Shown: positions 26,675 through 41,600, counted from the first letter of the stretch. The stretch: 64,000 nt of DNA from Phoronis australis (GCA_002633005.1 NMRA01000112.1:626659-690658), one strand, 5' to 3'. Made by a program: numbers and translations. Notes: a model not told the origin generated them from the letters alone.

Positions 26675-29600
26675 TCACTCGTCCTTGTTCTTCGCTGGAG
26701 ACGATTCGCTCTCTTGGCCTGCAGAGGGCTCTTCCTCTGTGTCGCTATACTCTGTTGGCTTTTCGCCAGGCTTGAGCAGTTTTCCGACAATGTCGTACTT
26801 CTCTGTGGGAAAAAGAATAAAAATTCAATGCGTGGTTAGACCTAGCATTAGAAAACCTGATATGATTTATGGGATTTGTATACAAAACCTAGGGATCTGT
26901 GCCCAGTTGCATGAAACAGTCCTAAATAAGGACTCAGCTAAGTTCCCTAAATCTTTTGCATATTTGTTTCGTTCTTCACTCACAGATGTCACATTTTCCA
27001 GTCATTTTATCTTTATTATGAGTTCCTCTTTGACTAATGACATTTTCTAATAATAATAACTTAAAACTGAGCCATTAATTAGGGACTTAGTCCCTAAATT
27101 AGGTGCACTCCATGAAAAGATCAACAACGTAGAGCTTATTGTCAATTTATACCAAAGTCAAAAATTGACATGGTAATGAAACCCAAAAGCATAAGAAAGT
27201 CCAATCAGTGTTTTCCCAAGCCCACAAATATGCAGTAGATTTAGGGAATTTAGTAGGGTCCCCATTTGGGATTGTTTTATGCAATAGAGCACTGCACATT
27301 GAATTGAGATAAAAAAACATCAACATACTTCTTTGAAACCTTAAACAAGCTGTAAACCCAACTAGGCTTTGATACAGTTAGAAATCTGGTCTCAACTTAT
27401 TTTAACTCAGACTGGAAGAGATTCCTAGGCTTAGAAAAAAATGTTTTTTCATTATTGCCTTAAACCAGTGTAACAAAATTGGATACTTATGGAATGTCAC
27501 TTTATGTGCCGAGCATGGTATCGTACAATAATGAACTTAACTCATACTGTCAGTACTTGTAAAGCCAAGAGACCACTTCTTGTCTGAGTGAGGAACAATT
27601 TGAGACCAGTGTTACACCCGGTAAATGAAAAGTGTGTTTCTTTGATGGAACACAGGTTTATTAGCAGCTAATCTGCTCGCATTGTTTTCAATACTCATCG
27701 CATGTGGTCCCAACCAACAACATCTTATTTCCGGTGACTCATCAAAAGATCACATAATACACAATTAATGGGCAACACAACATTCACTAAAAGGTGCCAA
27801 CCAACGAAGACACTTGGTGAATTTAAGGTTATGTCTAACCTTATGTAGTGGCCTCCATTCTAACTGTATATCAAAAAAACTAAGCTTTGTCAACTAGAAA
27901 AAGTATATATTTTCTGATGGAAAAAAGATCAGGGAATATAAAAATATGTTTTACATTGTAAAATTATTATCATTACATTAACACCTTTTTTAAGTCAAAA
28001 CATCATTTTTAAGAAAGGTACATTCATAGCAAAATAACCCCTCGGTCGATTTTAATGAAACCTATTTCAAATGAAAACTTTAACAGTTATCTCAAAAACG
28101 TTGTTTGGAACTTTCAATTAGTCTTTTCATTTGGTTTCTATGACAAATCATCTCGCAAAACGTAAGGTATTTTTGTAAAAATAGAAGAAGTCACATTCGT
28201 CTTTGTTACATCGCATATTTATATTGAACATCCTAACAGCGTTTTTGAGATTGACGAATAAATATTAAGTTTGGAAAGTTTCAGCAAAATCCACTGACCC
28301 GTTTTCGACAACTCCAAAGTTCAAATTATGTCAATTTGCCGAAGCCAAGAAAAAGCCGATTACACAGAGATGAGTGAAATCTCAAGGTCTTCAATTAGTT
28401 ATTCGGTGAAAACTTGTTTTCGGTCAATATAACCTATACATGCCTTAACCATGTTAGCTGCATCAACATTCACTCGCCATGTTAAATGAATTTACAGTGC
28501 ACAATTAACTATCCCTAAAACGTTAATTCTTTGACTGTCCCCGGGCAGGAGGTGGGATCAACTGTTGACCTACTTAAAAGTTGGTCAACAATTCATTGTT
28601 ATACACACCATGCATTGGGAGACTGATAAAAAACCAAGTGAGAAATGGATAACAGAAATATAGTTGCTGGTTAAAGCACATACGCCATTAGCATGAGATT
28701 GAAACAGCAAAATGTCAAATTACCTATCGAACTAAGGAATTAGGGTGAGGATTTATCTCTTTTCACAACTTGGTGTGTTCGTGACCACAGCCACAGAGGC
28801 GTGAAGCACACGGAGTATTCGTTCTCAATGGTCGTATGCATGTAGACATATAACTCCCTCAGAATCAAAATTATGTTTTGTCTTCGTTTTCCCCGGCACC
28901 GCTCTATTATATTCACACCTCGTTGACTCAATATTATGGCACGACCACGCGTGAGAAACTAAATCGGACCAACTCACCCAAAACATGACTGATGCACCTA
29001 AAAACATGACCTCCCCACCACAAAACAGGACTGACGCACCTAAAAACATGACCGCCCCACCACAAAACAGGACCGCCGGGGACTGAGTAGCAAGGCTTTT
29101 GTGTGATACTGCGAGTTATGACGTAACCGGTCAGATAGCTGTGAAAAGACTATCGCCAAAATAAAGCTTGATTAGCGTTACTGAGCTCCGTTACATCCCC
29201 GAAATTTCCCACAGCTTGGGTAGTTCTGCTAGTCACCTTGTCGTGAAACTTACATCAACATGTAGTAGAGCGCACAACCGGCGCAGGTACATGCAAAATC
29301 TAGGCATCAACCAACACTCACCTTGCAGGTTGCAACCGCTTGAGTGAAAAACAATCTATGAACTATTGTAACAATAAGTCTGTCGCGCTCGCGACATATG
29401 CACGCGCCATTTCCTTAGAAAAATTTTGCGACATCTTTCGGAAGATGATGACAACTTCGCGGCAACAAGATTTGTTCTGAAATTCGGTTTGCTGGTACTA
29501 AAATACTAAAAACTTATAACGAAATGAAACCAGTTTCGATAATTTGTTGTGCCAGGTACCCAACCTTGTAGAAGAACAGTTGACTGAAGAATCGGGGGGA

Positions 29601-32600
29601 AAAGGAACCGGCCAATGTAAGCCAACTTAAGAGAACGCAGAATAACGACAGAACGACAATTTTTCTCGAGCGCCGATGAAATAATTTAGTTTACTCAAGG
29701 AAGAGTGTCATTAAAAACACAAATTCGTCGGGTGAAGATTTTACATGTTCAGTTTTTTACCCACATTGGCGCAAAGCTGTATATTTAGTATACAGCTTTG
29801 CCGCACAAAGGCAGCTAGTATGATGATGCTTCACCCGAGAACCAAAACGCCCGTTTTTTTACTTGACTAATTTTAAACGTCAAATTGAAGAAAATGATTT
29901 TCATTTTGTTCTACAACTTACGCAGTGGATTCTTTAGCTCAAAAGCGTACAACGTGGTTGTGTTAGATTTATTAAATGTTGACCTTTCAACTATTTATAA
30001 GTCACATACCGCAGCCGGGAGCCTGGTGATGAGTAAAACTCAAAAGCGCCGTGTATTACAAAGCGAAGTGTCCTCTGTTGCGCACAAAAGATTTCGGTGG
30101 ATTAATCGGCACAAGACCTGCATATGCATACGTATAGAGCCCCATTGTATGATCTGTGTAGGCCTAATGGTAATAAATCTTAGCCTGTTAGTCATTGCGG
30201 TTTTAGTCCCCAGCGGTCCTGTTTTGTGGTGGGGCGGTCATGTTCTTAGGTGCGTCAGTCCCATTTTCTGGTGCGGCAGTCCCATTTGATCCCGGAGATC
30301 CTGTTCAGAGGACCGGCGGTCATGTTGTTTCTCACCCGTGAAGACTAAGGGTACATACGAAGGTGCTCTGAACCTGGCGGGAGATTTGATTTGAGTGGCA
30401 GTCTTGTAACCTTTGAACTCGAATAACTAGTAAACAATTTCCACGTGGTTGTGCGGATCCAAGGTGGTTCTGCTAAATCTTTTCTAGCTATATGGTATAT
30501 ATTTCGTATTTAAAGTTCTCTGAGAATGAAGATAACCCATTTTGCTAGACATATGTGAAATATTGTAAAAATGGACAATTTTTGAGAATAAGGTTTAAGT
30601 CCGACATGATCTCAATGAATGCATTTCTACAAGCAGGGCCATTGTCTCACAAACGCCACCTACTTATCATGCACAAACGCCACCTAGTGGTGTTACCTGT
30701 GAACTGCATCTCCCATTCCCGCATGCTCTCTAGCTGCATCTCACTGAGGTCACTGAGGTCATCATGCTCTTCCCTAATGGCGTCGCCTTGTACAGAGAAT
30801 GTGGCAAGACCGCGGGATGCATCGCGGCCAGCAAACACACCGTAGGGGCCATCTGCAGAGAAAAGACTGAACTAGTGACATGTTTTAGTGAACAGCTAAG
30901 TACTACAAGCCAATGATGTAAACGTCAAACATGAGTCAATGAACTGTTTTTAGTACATGGCTTTACAGTGTGTAATTGACCTATTGACCTATTGCAAGCT
31001 CCGCACCCTTGCGAAAAGTCGACAAACAAACACACCGTGTTACTTGTCAGGTAAAATGGCAGCTTGGAAACAAACGTGTGTCAAGAATGCTGCATTCTGA
31101 TTAGTCAGTTAAGCTGTCACTCAAAATCCTGGTGATAGGTCAATTAGGAAGGCTAACTTGCGATGTTACAATTAACAAATAAAAATAAAGGATTCCAATA
31201 CAAGACATGGACCAAAACAATGGTTTGTGGTGTTTTGAGAAGTAAATATCATGACATATATTAGTTTAATTGTTCACCGAAATTAAAGTTTCTGCAATTA
31301 ATCAACATGCCACCCATCTTGCAATCAGTCTCAATTTTCCCAATCGAGCACCTGCCGACATAAAATGTATTTATCACAAGCCAAGAATGAAAGAAATGTC
31401 AAATATTTACAAGGAACTTGAGCGAAAGGTGTGATTTGTGAAATGCAAGAGATGAACTGAAAATAGGATGTGACTGTATCGGTGATGTGCAAAGTAGCTC
31501 CATAATTTGCTTGCTCCAGTTGCACAGGGGCCTGCAGACTCAGCGGGGCTTGCAGTGAGCCTGTCGAGGTTGTGCAACAAGGAGGCAGGAAGTTAACATG
31601 AGCTAAACTCCAGAGACACAGAAAGCATTCACAATTCCTAAACTACGTTTTTAGTTTTCGCATGCTAGGAAGAACGTTTATAAGGAGAATTTCGCAGCAA
31701 TCAACAGAGCTTAAGGAGACTTCATCATAAGTCATGGCAGGCAAAGTCTTTGTATAGACTCTAAGCAAATGTGTTAATACAGATGCCAAAACAATGCAAA
31801 CAGTGGAGGAACTACATAATCACTCAGTTAATACACTGCTTATGATCTCAAATTACCAGGTGACCTCTCCAAACTCCAGCTAACCAGGAGCATCTGAGTG
31901 CAAATTGCAAAGAACTGGTGAATGGCTGGACTGTAATAATTGGTGTTAGGAACTACAGTAGTAAGCTTGGTAAAGAAATGCTAGTTTTGTAAGCATTAAC
32001 CCCGGGATTCATACTATACAAGTTAACACCACTAGTGTGATTGTTATGTTGGGCTACAAATTTATTTCAAGAATTCAAGTCTGAAATAAGCAGGGTTGGA
32101 ATGACCAATGACGAAAGAGGAGAATTTTCCAGGTGACATATCGTTCCAGAAATAAATAGGTTTGTGTGACAGAAATATTTCTTGTGCTGTAAAATTTAAC
32201 TGAAATAAACATTTTACATAAATAAAGTAAAAATAATGATACAAAAGACAATAAAGAGGAAACTGGGACTGGGAATCAAATAAAAGGAAATCAAAATCAA
32301 AAACAAGGAAATCCTCTTTACAAGAGAAAAATTCCTGTCACTGAATAAGGTCAGGTATACTAGTGCTATATTATATCAGGTGAAACTCATTTGACAATAT
32401 TTTGGTGCGTTTAATCATCTTTAGTTAATTTTATTGCAGTGAGTTTCTTTGGAACTTCAAAAATACAAATAATTTCACTTTAAAAACCTCATGCAGTAAT
32501 AATGAATTTTTGAAGAAGGCATTGAAAGCCAGATTGATTTTCGAAATGGTTGCATTGCAGTGTAAGCCTAGGGTAATGGGCTATCATCGTTACTAAGGAT

Positions 32601-35600
32601 CAACTTTCTTGCTTAAACAATTTTTGGAGTCTTATTAGTAGACCAATAAAACTACTTAATATTTCAAAAATCTTTGATTATCACTTAAGTCTTACTATGT
32701 GCATAAAAGCAATGTCCAGATTTTATAATCACACGATTGCATTTTTTCCCAGAAATATGGACTTTTCAAGGAAATTAAAGTACTATTTTCCACGAATATG
32801 AATTTTCAAACAAAATTTGCACAAATTTTCATTCTTTATTATATTAGTTACAAAACTTTTCTGGGATATTCTTATGAAGCCTTTTTGCCACAGGACTCGG
32901 CTGAAAAATTGACTTCTTCATTTTTGACGGCAGAGTTTGTAGGCTAAAACACAGAAATATTTTTGTCTGGTAGAATAAAGAAACAAATACATAAATTCAC
33001 TTTAACAAAATTTACAAAGTTATTTAAGAAATTTGATCCTAAATAACCTTAACGTGATAAGTACACCAAGAATGAAGACATTGCAGGGCATTTTCATCAA
33101 GTTTTCAAAGTCGAGACAAAATAAGTACTTAGCAGTAATTCCAGAAATTCTCAGCAGGTTTCCTACAATACTTGCACTTAAATAAACACAAGTGCATAAT
33201 GAGTCGAAGTCACGAAATTGAAAAATGCAGGATCCACTTCAAGTTGCCTCCAAGAAAATTTTTAATTTTACAATTCAGAAGTGTGTTTAAAAGCAAACAC
33301 AAAACCTCTTTTGTTGCGTGTTATGTGGACCTGAAGGCCACATATATCAACTAGACTGGCACTCAAAATGCATATCTATTACAGGTGGATACAATACTAA
33401 CATAACAATTACATGTTTACAAAGATACATGTTGAAAAAGCAGAACAGATGTCTGGCTACCTGATGACTCATCCCTGCATGGAGTTCAAGTGTAGTTGAG
33501 TACATGTGTGCCCAGAATAAGAGGGTCTGAATCGTTGATTCCAAACAATTAGTTTGCGATATGAATTTGCACATTTCACTCAAATCTGCGGGAGACGGAA
33601 AAAAATTCACAGACACTAGAGTCTAGTCAAAACAACAGAATGTTATGTTTCACAAACAAAACTTCATAGAGATAAAGATCTTGATGATCTTGCAGAATAA
33701 AATATCATCTGTACAAAGATTACACTGTTTGGTGTGAAATAAAAGTCAAAATTTTTGCTTAATTCTGGGCCAGCTGAACTTAGTTCCACACACCCCAAGA
33801 CATAAACCTTGTACCTAAGGTAATTATCTTCACTTTTGAATTTTGCCCGGCAATCTACTAACTAAATAGGGCCGTCCCCCGGATGCCGCATTTACCCAAA
33901 ATACCATAAACATCCCTCAAGGACAATTGCTGTCTTGTTTTACTGAAGTTTTACATATTATTTGTTGTTGTCTGATTCTTTACTTAGTTTTGCTAGGTTG
34001 CATTACTTTATCCGTCCTTCCAATGCCAACAAAGTATTACTGCTGTGCTGTGGGCTCCAACGTGAGAAAGTTTGATAAACTGGACAAATACCCATGGATG
34101 CATGGTCTGAAATACTTTGCCTCCCCGATATCAATGAGACACAAAAAGTACCTGATTTCCAAAACAAGGTTACGCGCTTTCTTATCTCTGGGACAAAGGA
34201 GAGTTCTATCACGTTGTAATCCAGGACGGCCCTGTTCAAAATTGTATCCTCAACAACCAACCACTTCTGATCAGTGGTTGTGAGCTCTCCCGAACATACT
34301 TACAAAACAAATGCCTTTCACTCACGTGATTTTGCAAGATCTGGTTTTTTCTTGCAATAAACCTGGTCTAAAACTCTGTTCAGATGGATACGTAAGTGAC
34401 GTTAACACACAGAGCTAGAACAAGTTACTTCTAGAACAGATTTGGAGCTGTATGGACGCTATTTAAACCAGTGCAACTTACCCCACTTGTGACAACTTAC
34501 TCCACCTTATCAAGGTAGGATAACTTGTTCTTGGGTGACTTGCACCACTTCTAATAGCGGAGTTGCAACGCCGCCATATTGGAAATGGGTCAGAATGTTG
34601 CATTGTGGTTACAATGGAAAACTTCAGTAAACAAGTATGTTGGCAACCGTGCGTTAAATAATTTCTCTTAAAAATAATGCNTGGGACAAAGGAGAGTTCT
34701 ATCACGTTGTAATCCAGGACGGCCCTGTTCAAAATTGTATCCTCAACAACCAACCACTTCTGATCAGTGGTTGTGAGCTCTCCCGAACATACTTACAAAA
34801 CAAATGCCTTTCACTCACGTGATTTTGCATGATCTGGTTTTTTCTTGCAATAAACCTGGTCTAAAACTCTGTTCAGATGGATACGTAAGTGACGTTAACA
34901 CACAGAGCTAGAACAAGTTACTCCTAGAACAGATTTGGAGGCTGTATGGACGCTATTTAAACCAGTGCAACTTACCCCACTTGTGACAACTTACTCCACC
35001 TTATCAAGGTAGGGTAACTTGTTCTTGGGTGACTTGCACCACTTCTAATTGCTGTCAGTGTGATTGCAAACCTGGGGCAAGGCAGAACTAACCATCAGCT
35101 GCAGTTACATAACGGACAAGTCTTCTTTTGTGTGTGGTATTTGCATTAGTTGTTCAATGTCACACACTAAGTGACAACTTCAGCCATACCCCAGTTTTCA
35201 GATGTGCGTGTGTGCGTGTGTGCGTGTGTGTGTGTGTGTGTGTGCGTGACTTTACACTTAACATTGGGGTAATTTGCACTAGTGCAAGTTCTAGAGTAGG
35301 CTATGTGTGGATGGCACACTTAGGGCAAGCTGCTCTAGGTTCAACTTGCCCTAGTTTAAAGTGGAACTTGCAGGCTAATTTATCTCTGTGATTGCTAGGC
35401 CAAATTAGTTAGAAACAGGTCTCCTACTTGCACATTTACAAGTTGTCAATGAATACAACTGCACTTTGTTTAGCGTAGATTATGTTTAGTTAAAATAGCA
35501 TTGTCATTTAGCTCATACTATATATTAGCATAGTTAGGAGCATGCAAATACATCTTTAAGTGACCTTGTAGCTAATGGTCTGATATAACATGGCCGAATT

Positions 35601-38600
35601 TTGAGAACCAGTTTTACCCACTAAATAACGGGCATCAAACTGGTTCTCAAAATGCGGGCACGTTATATCAGACTATTGCCGACCTTGTGGATAAAAGTTA
35701 TGCTAACAACTTCTCCTCTTGGAACTAGTACAACTAGCACCCGATCAACTTGGCCTGCTTCAAGTGTCCACATGGACAGCAAACTGGAGCAAGACAGAGT
35801 TCGTCATTAGCTATGTGCTTGTACAATTAAGTTAATCCAAGCGACAAATCACACCTTTTCGGGCCATTTACAAGCTTCACACCTAAATGCATCAAAATGA
35901 CAAACTTCCTTGTGACCCTTGCCACACCGCTGTTTATGGCGCCAGTTGCCCCAGGTGTAACTGGTGCTAGTTTAAGTGCCTCTCTGCACAAACCTAAGTG
36001 TCCATCTGAACACAACTTATTAAGACAAGCTACCCCCATTGTACTGCAGTGAAGCTGATGGCAATATAATCCTAATAAATAAGAGTTGAATGAACCTTAG
36101 CCCTGGTTGGACATTCAAAGCACACACTATTGTTATGTAACAACTTCTGCTTACAGTTTGCTGTTTATACAGCTCCAGATGACTGACATGAAGCTCAGTT
36201 AAATTCTGAATATCCAATTTTTATTTTCAGTAGTAGTGTGGCTGTTATGTACCATATTACAAGCTCCACATCTCGACTAAGTTATCACAGCGTATTGAAA
36301 TTGTATAGCTGTTGCGCTCATAGGCTGCTACACAGTATCTCAGTTACAGCAGTTTATCACTTCCAAACTCTACATTGGTGACAGCAACTTTGTTGGGTTC
36401 GAACTCCACATTTGCAAAATCAGTTAATTCATTCGGCTGCAAATTAATAAAATTGTACGGGAAATAAAAGAGTGTCATTAAACTTCTATTTGGAAGATTT
36501 TTGTACCTACGGTACTTTTAGATACAAATTATTTTCACGGTTTTCAAAAGAAAATCAAGCAAACGCACAACTCACATGAGATCTCGACAAGCACTGTATG
36601 TCTGGACATACACAGCGGAAACGCTTGGGTTAACGCCAATGCTTGAGTAATCGCCCACCACCATCTTTTGCCAAATTCCGATGTAAGCGCCGGCTACTTC
36701 GGTAATCGCCCATCCCCCACTTTGAGCAAATTTCTGCTTCTCGGGTAATCACTCATTCCCAACCTACTGCTATCAGAACTTGAGCTTGAACCAACAGCTT
36801 TGCCTGAGGCTCGGACTTCCGTGTTTGCGGCAAACACGGCATGCTTACGTGCAGTAGTCTCAAAAAGCATGTTTTAGCCAGCATTTGTGGAATAGCTTAG
36901 ATACTGCAACTACCTTTTCCTAAACTTATTAACTGGTATTTTGTTAAATCAAGATAGGCCAACTTCGCAGAGTAATCATCGTTTAGTAATGATGTCAATC
37001 GGACTGTGACAATTGCACGTACAAGTTGCATGCACAGGGCACGTGATTTTGCTAGATTTATCTCCCGGGTCGACCTAGATTTGAATTGACCAATCAATCA
37101 CAACCCCCTCCCGTTGCCATTGCGCGCACGGAGCACTAGATTTCTTTCCCTGGTCCACCCTGATTTGAATTGAGCAAATAATCACACCCCCCATTCATTG
37201 CCGGCCGGGAACGAATCGTAATCGTTTTAATCGAGGAAACCAAATTTAGTCACGTTCACTGATCTGAAACAGTACAGGCTGATGTACAGTAAGTGGACTG
37301 CCATTCGAGTTTTATAAAGTTCTACCGTATGACATTTTGCAGCACACTAATATATTTAAAAACATCTGAGTTTTTAGAAACGGTCTTGCGAAATCACCCT
37401 TTCAAAGCTGAAATCCTGTTTCCGTTTGAGCCGTGAGAGTCTTTGTGGTTGTCGGGTTCAGCTGATTGACTGAACTTACAAGTTCTGTGCTCGAATGAAC
37501 ACCCTGCGCACTCGACCAATTCATCTAAAATTTGGACGGACGCGGCGACTGCTTGGGTAATCGCACACGCCCAGCTCAAGGTTCCCCAAATTAAGTGCCT
37601 AGGGCATTAACCCGTGAGTTTACGGTATTATGCAGAACTTAACAGATTACTTTCAAACACATCATGTGCAAGCATTTTCAAAAATATCTCGAAAATTGTG
37701 CAATTGATATAAATGACAGTCATTTGGGTAACGATACAAATTACAACAGGTATTAAAGATGGCTCTTTGTACATGGTATCGCATGAGAAAAAAATAGCAT
37801 AATTTTACTTCAGATGGAAGTAGTTTTAACGAGCAAGCAGACAGCTTGCAGACAAGTGTCATTTTGCAAATGTTGAATTGTTCCACTTGAGCAATGCTCA
37901 TGTCTGTTACGCATTTGGTGTGCAGGAATACATCACTTAGGAGTAATCAAGGGTTGAAGGTGATACAAAATGTGCATGACCGATACGGAACCGGTAACTC
38001 TCCCATGCTGGCTATCCACGATAATCAAGGACATGTACATTAACAATAAAACTTGTTTCCATAAAAATCAAAAAGTTTTGTTACCAAAGTGTTAGCAGAA
38101 AGGCACAAAATAAAAAGCTTTACCACTTTACCAATCTAACTTGAATACAATAGCTTCCACCAGACAATTTTTTGAGAAACTGTAGCCATTCAAAACATTA
38201 CAAAGCTTTTGAACAATGAAAAAGGGCCAATTTTTGCAAATATTTTTGTCTGGAATTGCTGACATTTTACCGTAACCCTGCAGACTAGTGTAAGAAACTT
38301 AAAAAGGTCAGCAGTCAGGTGAGGTGTGTTTACCACACGATGATGAAACAGATGAGTCAACGATAACAAGTTAAATACAAGTGATTACTCAACTAACTAA
38401 CCCTATGTTCTGGACTTTGTACTCAGCTTGTCTAAACTGTCATGTTAAGATTTCACGGTAGTGGGTAGTCGTGAATCAGATTTCTTATAAAGTTACTGTT
38501 AAGCACCACAGATGTACAGTAAAATTCTTCACCAATTTCTCACACATTGCCATTTTTCAAAAGCTGGTTACCATGGAACAAATAAAGGAAGCCTTTACCA

Positions 38601-41600
38601 ATTGTTGATTTACGACGTCTAAACGGTGCTAACAATATATTAAACTTTTCTTAACCTTTATTTTTGTAGAAAAATATCTACAAAATAAATTTCTTTCATC
38701 CACCATATTGTGTGCTAAATAGTTTAACACCATTTAAAGTCTGACAAAAATTATGTTAAAAGGAACTGCTATAATAGTACTTCCTTATGTCCAAGTATGT
38801 GTACAGTGTATACCTAAGGAACTGCTTTAACAGTACTAACTTATGTCCAAGTATGTGTAGTTTATACCTAAGCTACAATTCATAGCTGAACATCAACATT
38901 TTTCTGTAATGTGTCCACACAGACAATTACTAGTATTGTCCCGATCAATAATTCACTTTTTACCAACAAATCTTTAGAAAAATATTACATTTTGTTTTTT
39001 ACCACAACTACAAAGATCCATATTGGGACGCAGCGAAAGTTTGCTGCAGTCTTCTTGGTCTACACAAAAATGGAATGTCCAATTTTACCTGGCATCATTG
39101 GTCAGGGCTCGACACAACGAGCTGTAGGTCAAATTTATACCCTTAATTAGCACTTAATGTGAGCTGAGATTTTGGCTAAATCGCACCTCACATGACTTGG
39201 GCATTTCAGCTCCAGCGCGCCAAGTCGCATAGACTGAAAAGGCCCCAACAACGTCTCTGTTCAGTCGAACGAGAAAGCATGAGTGTCGCAACATGGGAAA
39301 TTGCCAAGACATCATTTTTTGGTTGAGTGACCTGGGGTCTGTAAATTTTGCCTAGGTTGCAAACGGTGATCCGCTTATTGCCAAAGAGCCAAGGATTGTT
39401 AGTGCCTTGTGCCATCTAAAAATTGGTTGTCTCGGCCCTCCCGGATGGTTATCGTTAATGTTGATCCCTAGCACTGTCGCGACCGGTCGTAGTTTTCCAA
39501 TGCAGTGTGTTGTGGTAAAAAACATAAAATATTCCTTGCTGCAAGGGGATTCCAATTCCATTACCAATAACCATTTTGGACACTCTCTTTTGAAAACCTG
39601 TAAGGACCTCTGCCAGGACCCTACTGTGTTATGGCGGCATGGCCTGTTCAGCAGATGGTTGAAAACTAAAGGTATATTTCTAAAAGAAAGCATTCTACAG
39701 GTCTCTTTGACATTGTGAGAGCAACATTGTGAGTCTACAACACTAACCAATTCTAATTCTGGCACTTTAAGTATGTAAGACACGTCTAATTGTCAAATGG
39801 AAGGGAAGAAGCATATTTCTTCATTCCAGAACATTTTGTGAGATGTTGGGCATTTTTGAGTGAATCGTTTGAATACCCCACAGCATGACAGTAGCAATTT
39901 GAGGACATGACAATCACAAAGAATTTAAATAAAAAATGAAGTACACAAGAGCAGGAATGCAATTCCCCAAGTACTCTTCAGGACAAGGGGAACTTCATCA
40001 TGCCGCCACTATATCCAAAAATGGTTAGTTACCCTAATTTATCTAAGATATCACATACAAACGTTTGTTCTTAAACAGAGTTTTTAACATTGCGTATTTC
40101 GACACTTAGTGAATTTCCTTTGCACTTGCCTAAATCAGTCACTAGATTGCTCCTATACATGTGAGTTGGTCATCAGATCGGTACAGACTACAGATTCACC
40201 CAAGAAAGTTGAAGAGTAAATTTCACAAAAGCTAAGACATACTGCTGTGGAGGGCAGCACGTTGATTATGCGGAAGTACATGTCCGACAGTTATTAGAAT
40301 GGTGTTGGGACTTGATGGCCAACTGCAACGCAACTACATCGACCAGCTGTTGTGGGCCCACCGTGTGGAAAGATCTTGAGCTTAATGGGCCGAAATCTTG
40401 AGGAATCACGGTGCTCAGCTGATGATTGCAGTTGGCCGTGGACGGCGTGGAGCACAAACATCTATCTTTGTGTATTTAATTCTATTTAAAGCAATTGCAA
40501 TTATCCATATGCTAACTGACAGAGCCAAACATAAACTTTCAGATGTCAACGGCTTTCAGTAGAATCATTCTATTGATGGTAAATACATGCGATATGTGAC
40601 TTTAGGACTGAAAAATTAAATAGTTTGCTCAAGACTGGTGCTCGTACCACATTCAAGAATATACATAAATGAGAAATCCGTCATTCACCTTGATTTTACA
40701 CATTATGGGAAGCTAAAAATGGCTAAAAGAGGAGTAAACGGGTTCCTCTTAAAAATGGCTACCGGGAATCAGTTCCACTGAATAACGGACGTTGCCATCA
40801 ATCAGTGAAAACTGGTTCTGGGGAGCCATTTACTCCACTTTTACCAAAAACTTTGCATTGGCGGCTGTTTTGGAAGATTTCAAGAACTAATAAGTCTTTC
40901 ATCAGACTCTGTTGATACGAAAAGCAGCACTTTTCTGACATTTNTCGACAACCTCCTAAGGTGTTCCTCTATGCGCAAAAGGTATTTATAACAACGTGAC
41001 TTTGATGGTTTAGTCGGTGCGAGGCATAATTCGCCGAAAAGCTTCCGGCGTACAGAGCGCCTATAGCCTCTACATCGCCTCTGGTTCGGGCCAACAGAGG
41101 CGATGGTCATTGCCTACTATCAATCAAGAAATTTCAGTTTGAATGTCAGCGTCCCAAAATTTAAAATGTCCAAACTGGAGAATTTTTATCTTAAAGTGAC
41201 AATTTAAAGGTTGTCCTGACATTATTCATACAGCTAGCTGGGTGTATACTCAGACACGAGGCCACACGCAGCCCCTCAGCTGACTGCAGTACACTTGCGT
41301 CTTCCACATGCCACATGGCAGTGCATGACACAACCAGGGGATGTACTGCCTACTGAATTAACACTGTGAAATACGATAAAAAGAGACTAGGCTAAAACGT
41401 AAAGCGCCCCGTATTTGAGCAGTTCATTAACTTACTTGGGCCATAGAAATGTTTTCCTCGAGTGACATCAAAAACTTTTCCATTAACACCGACCAGAACA
41501 CGACCATCTTCGCTTTTTCCGTCGAATTCACGCAGCTGTTCTAAAGTAAAATCTCTTTTTTTCAGTGGCTTATACTCTGGGGCCACGGGTCCTTTCGGTG

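Noticed and set aside
40250-40470. Possible LINE (RTE-like) 3' fragment, QRNYIDQL
   Set aside because: Too short and degenerate to support a call.
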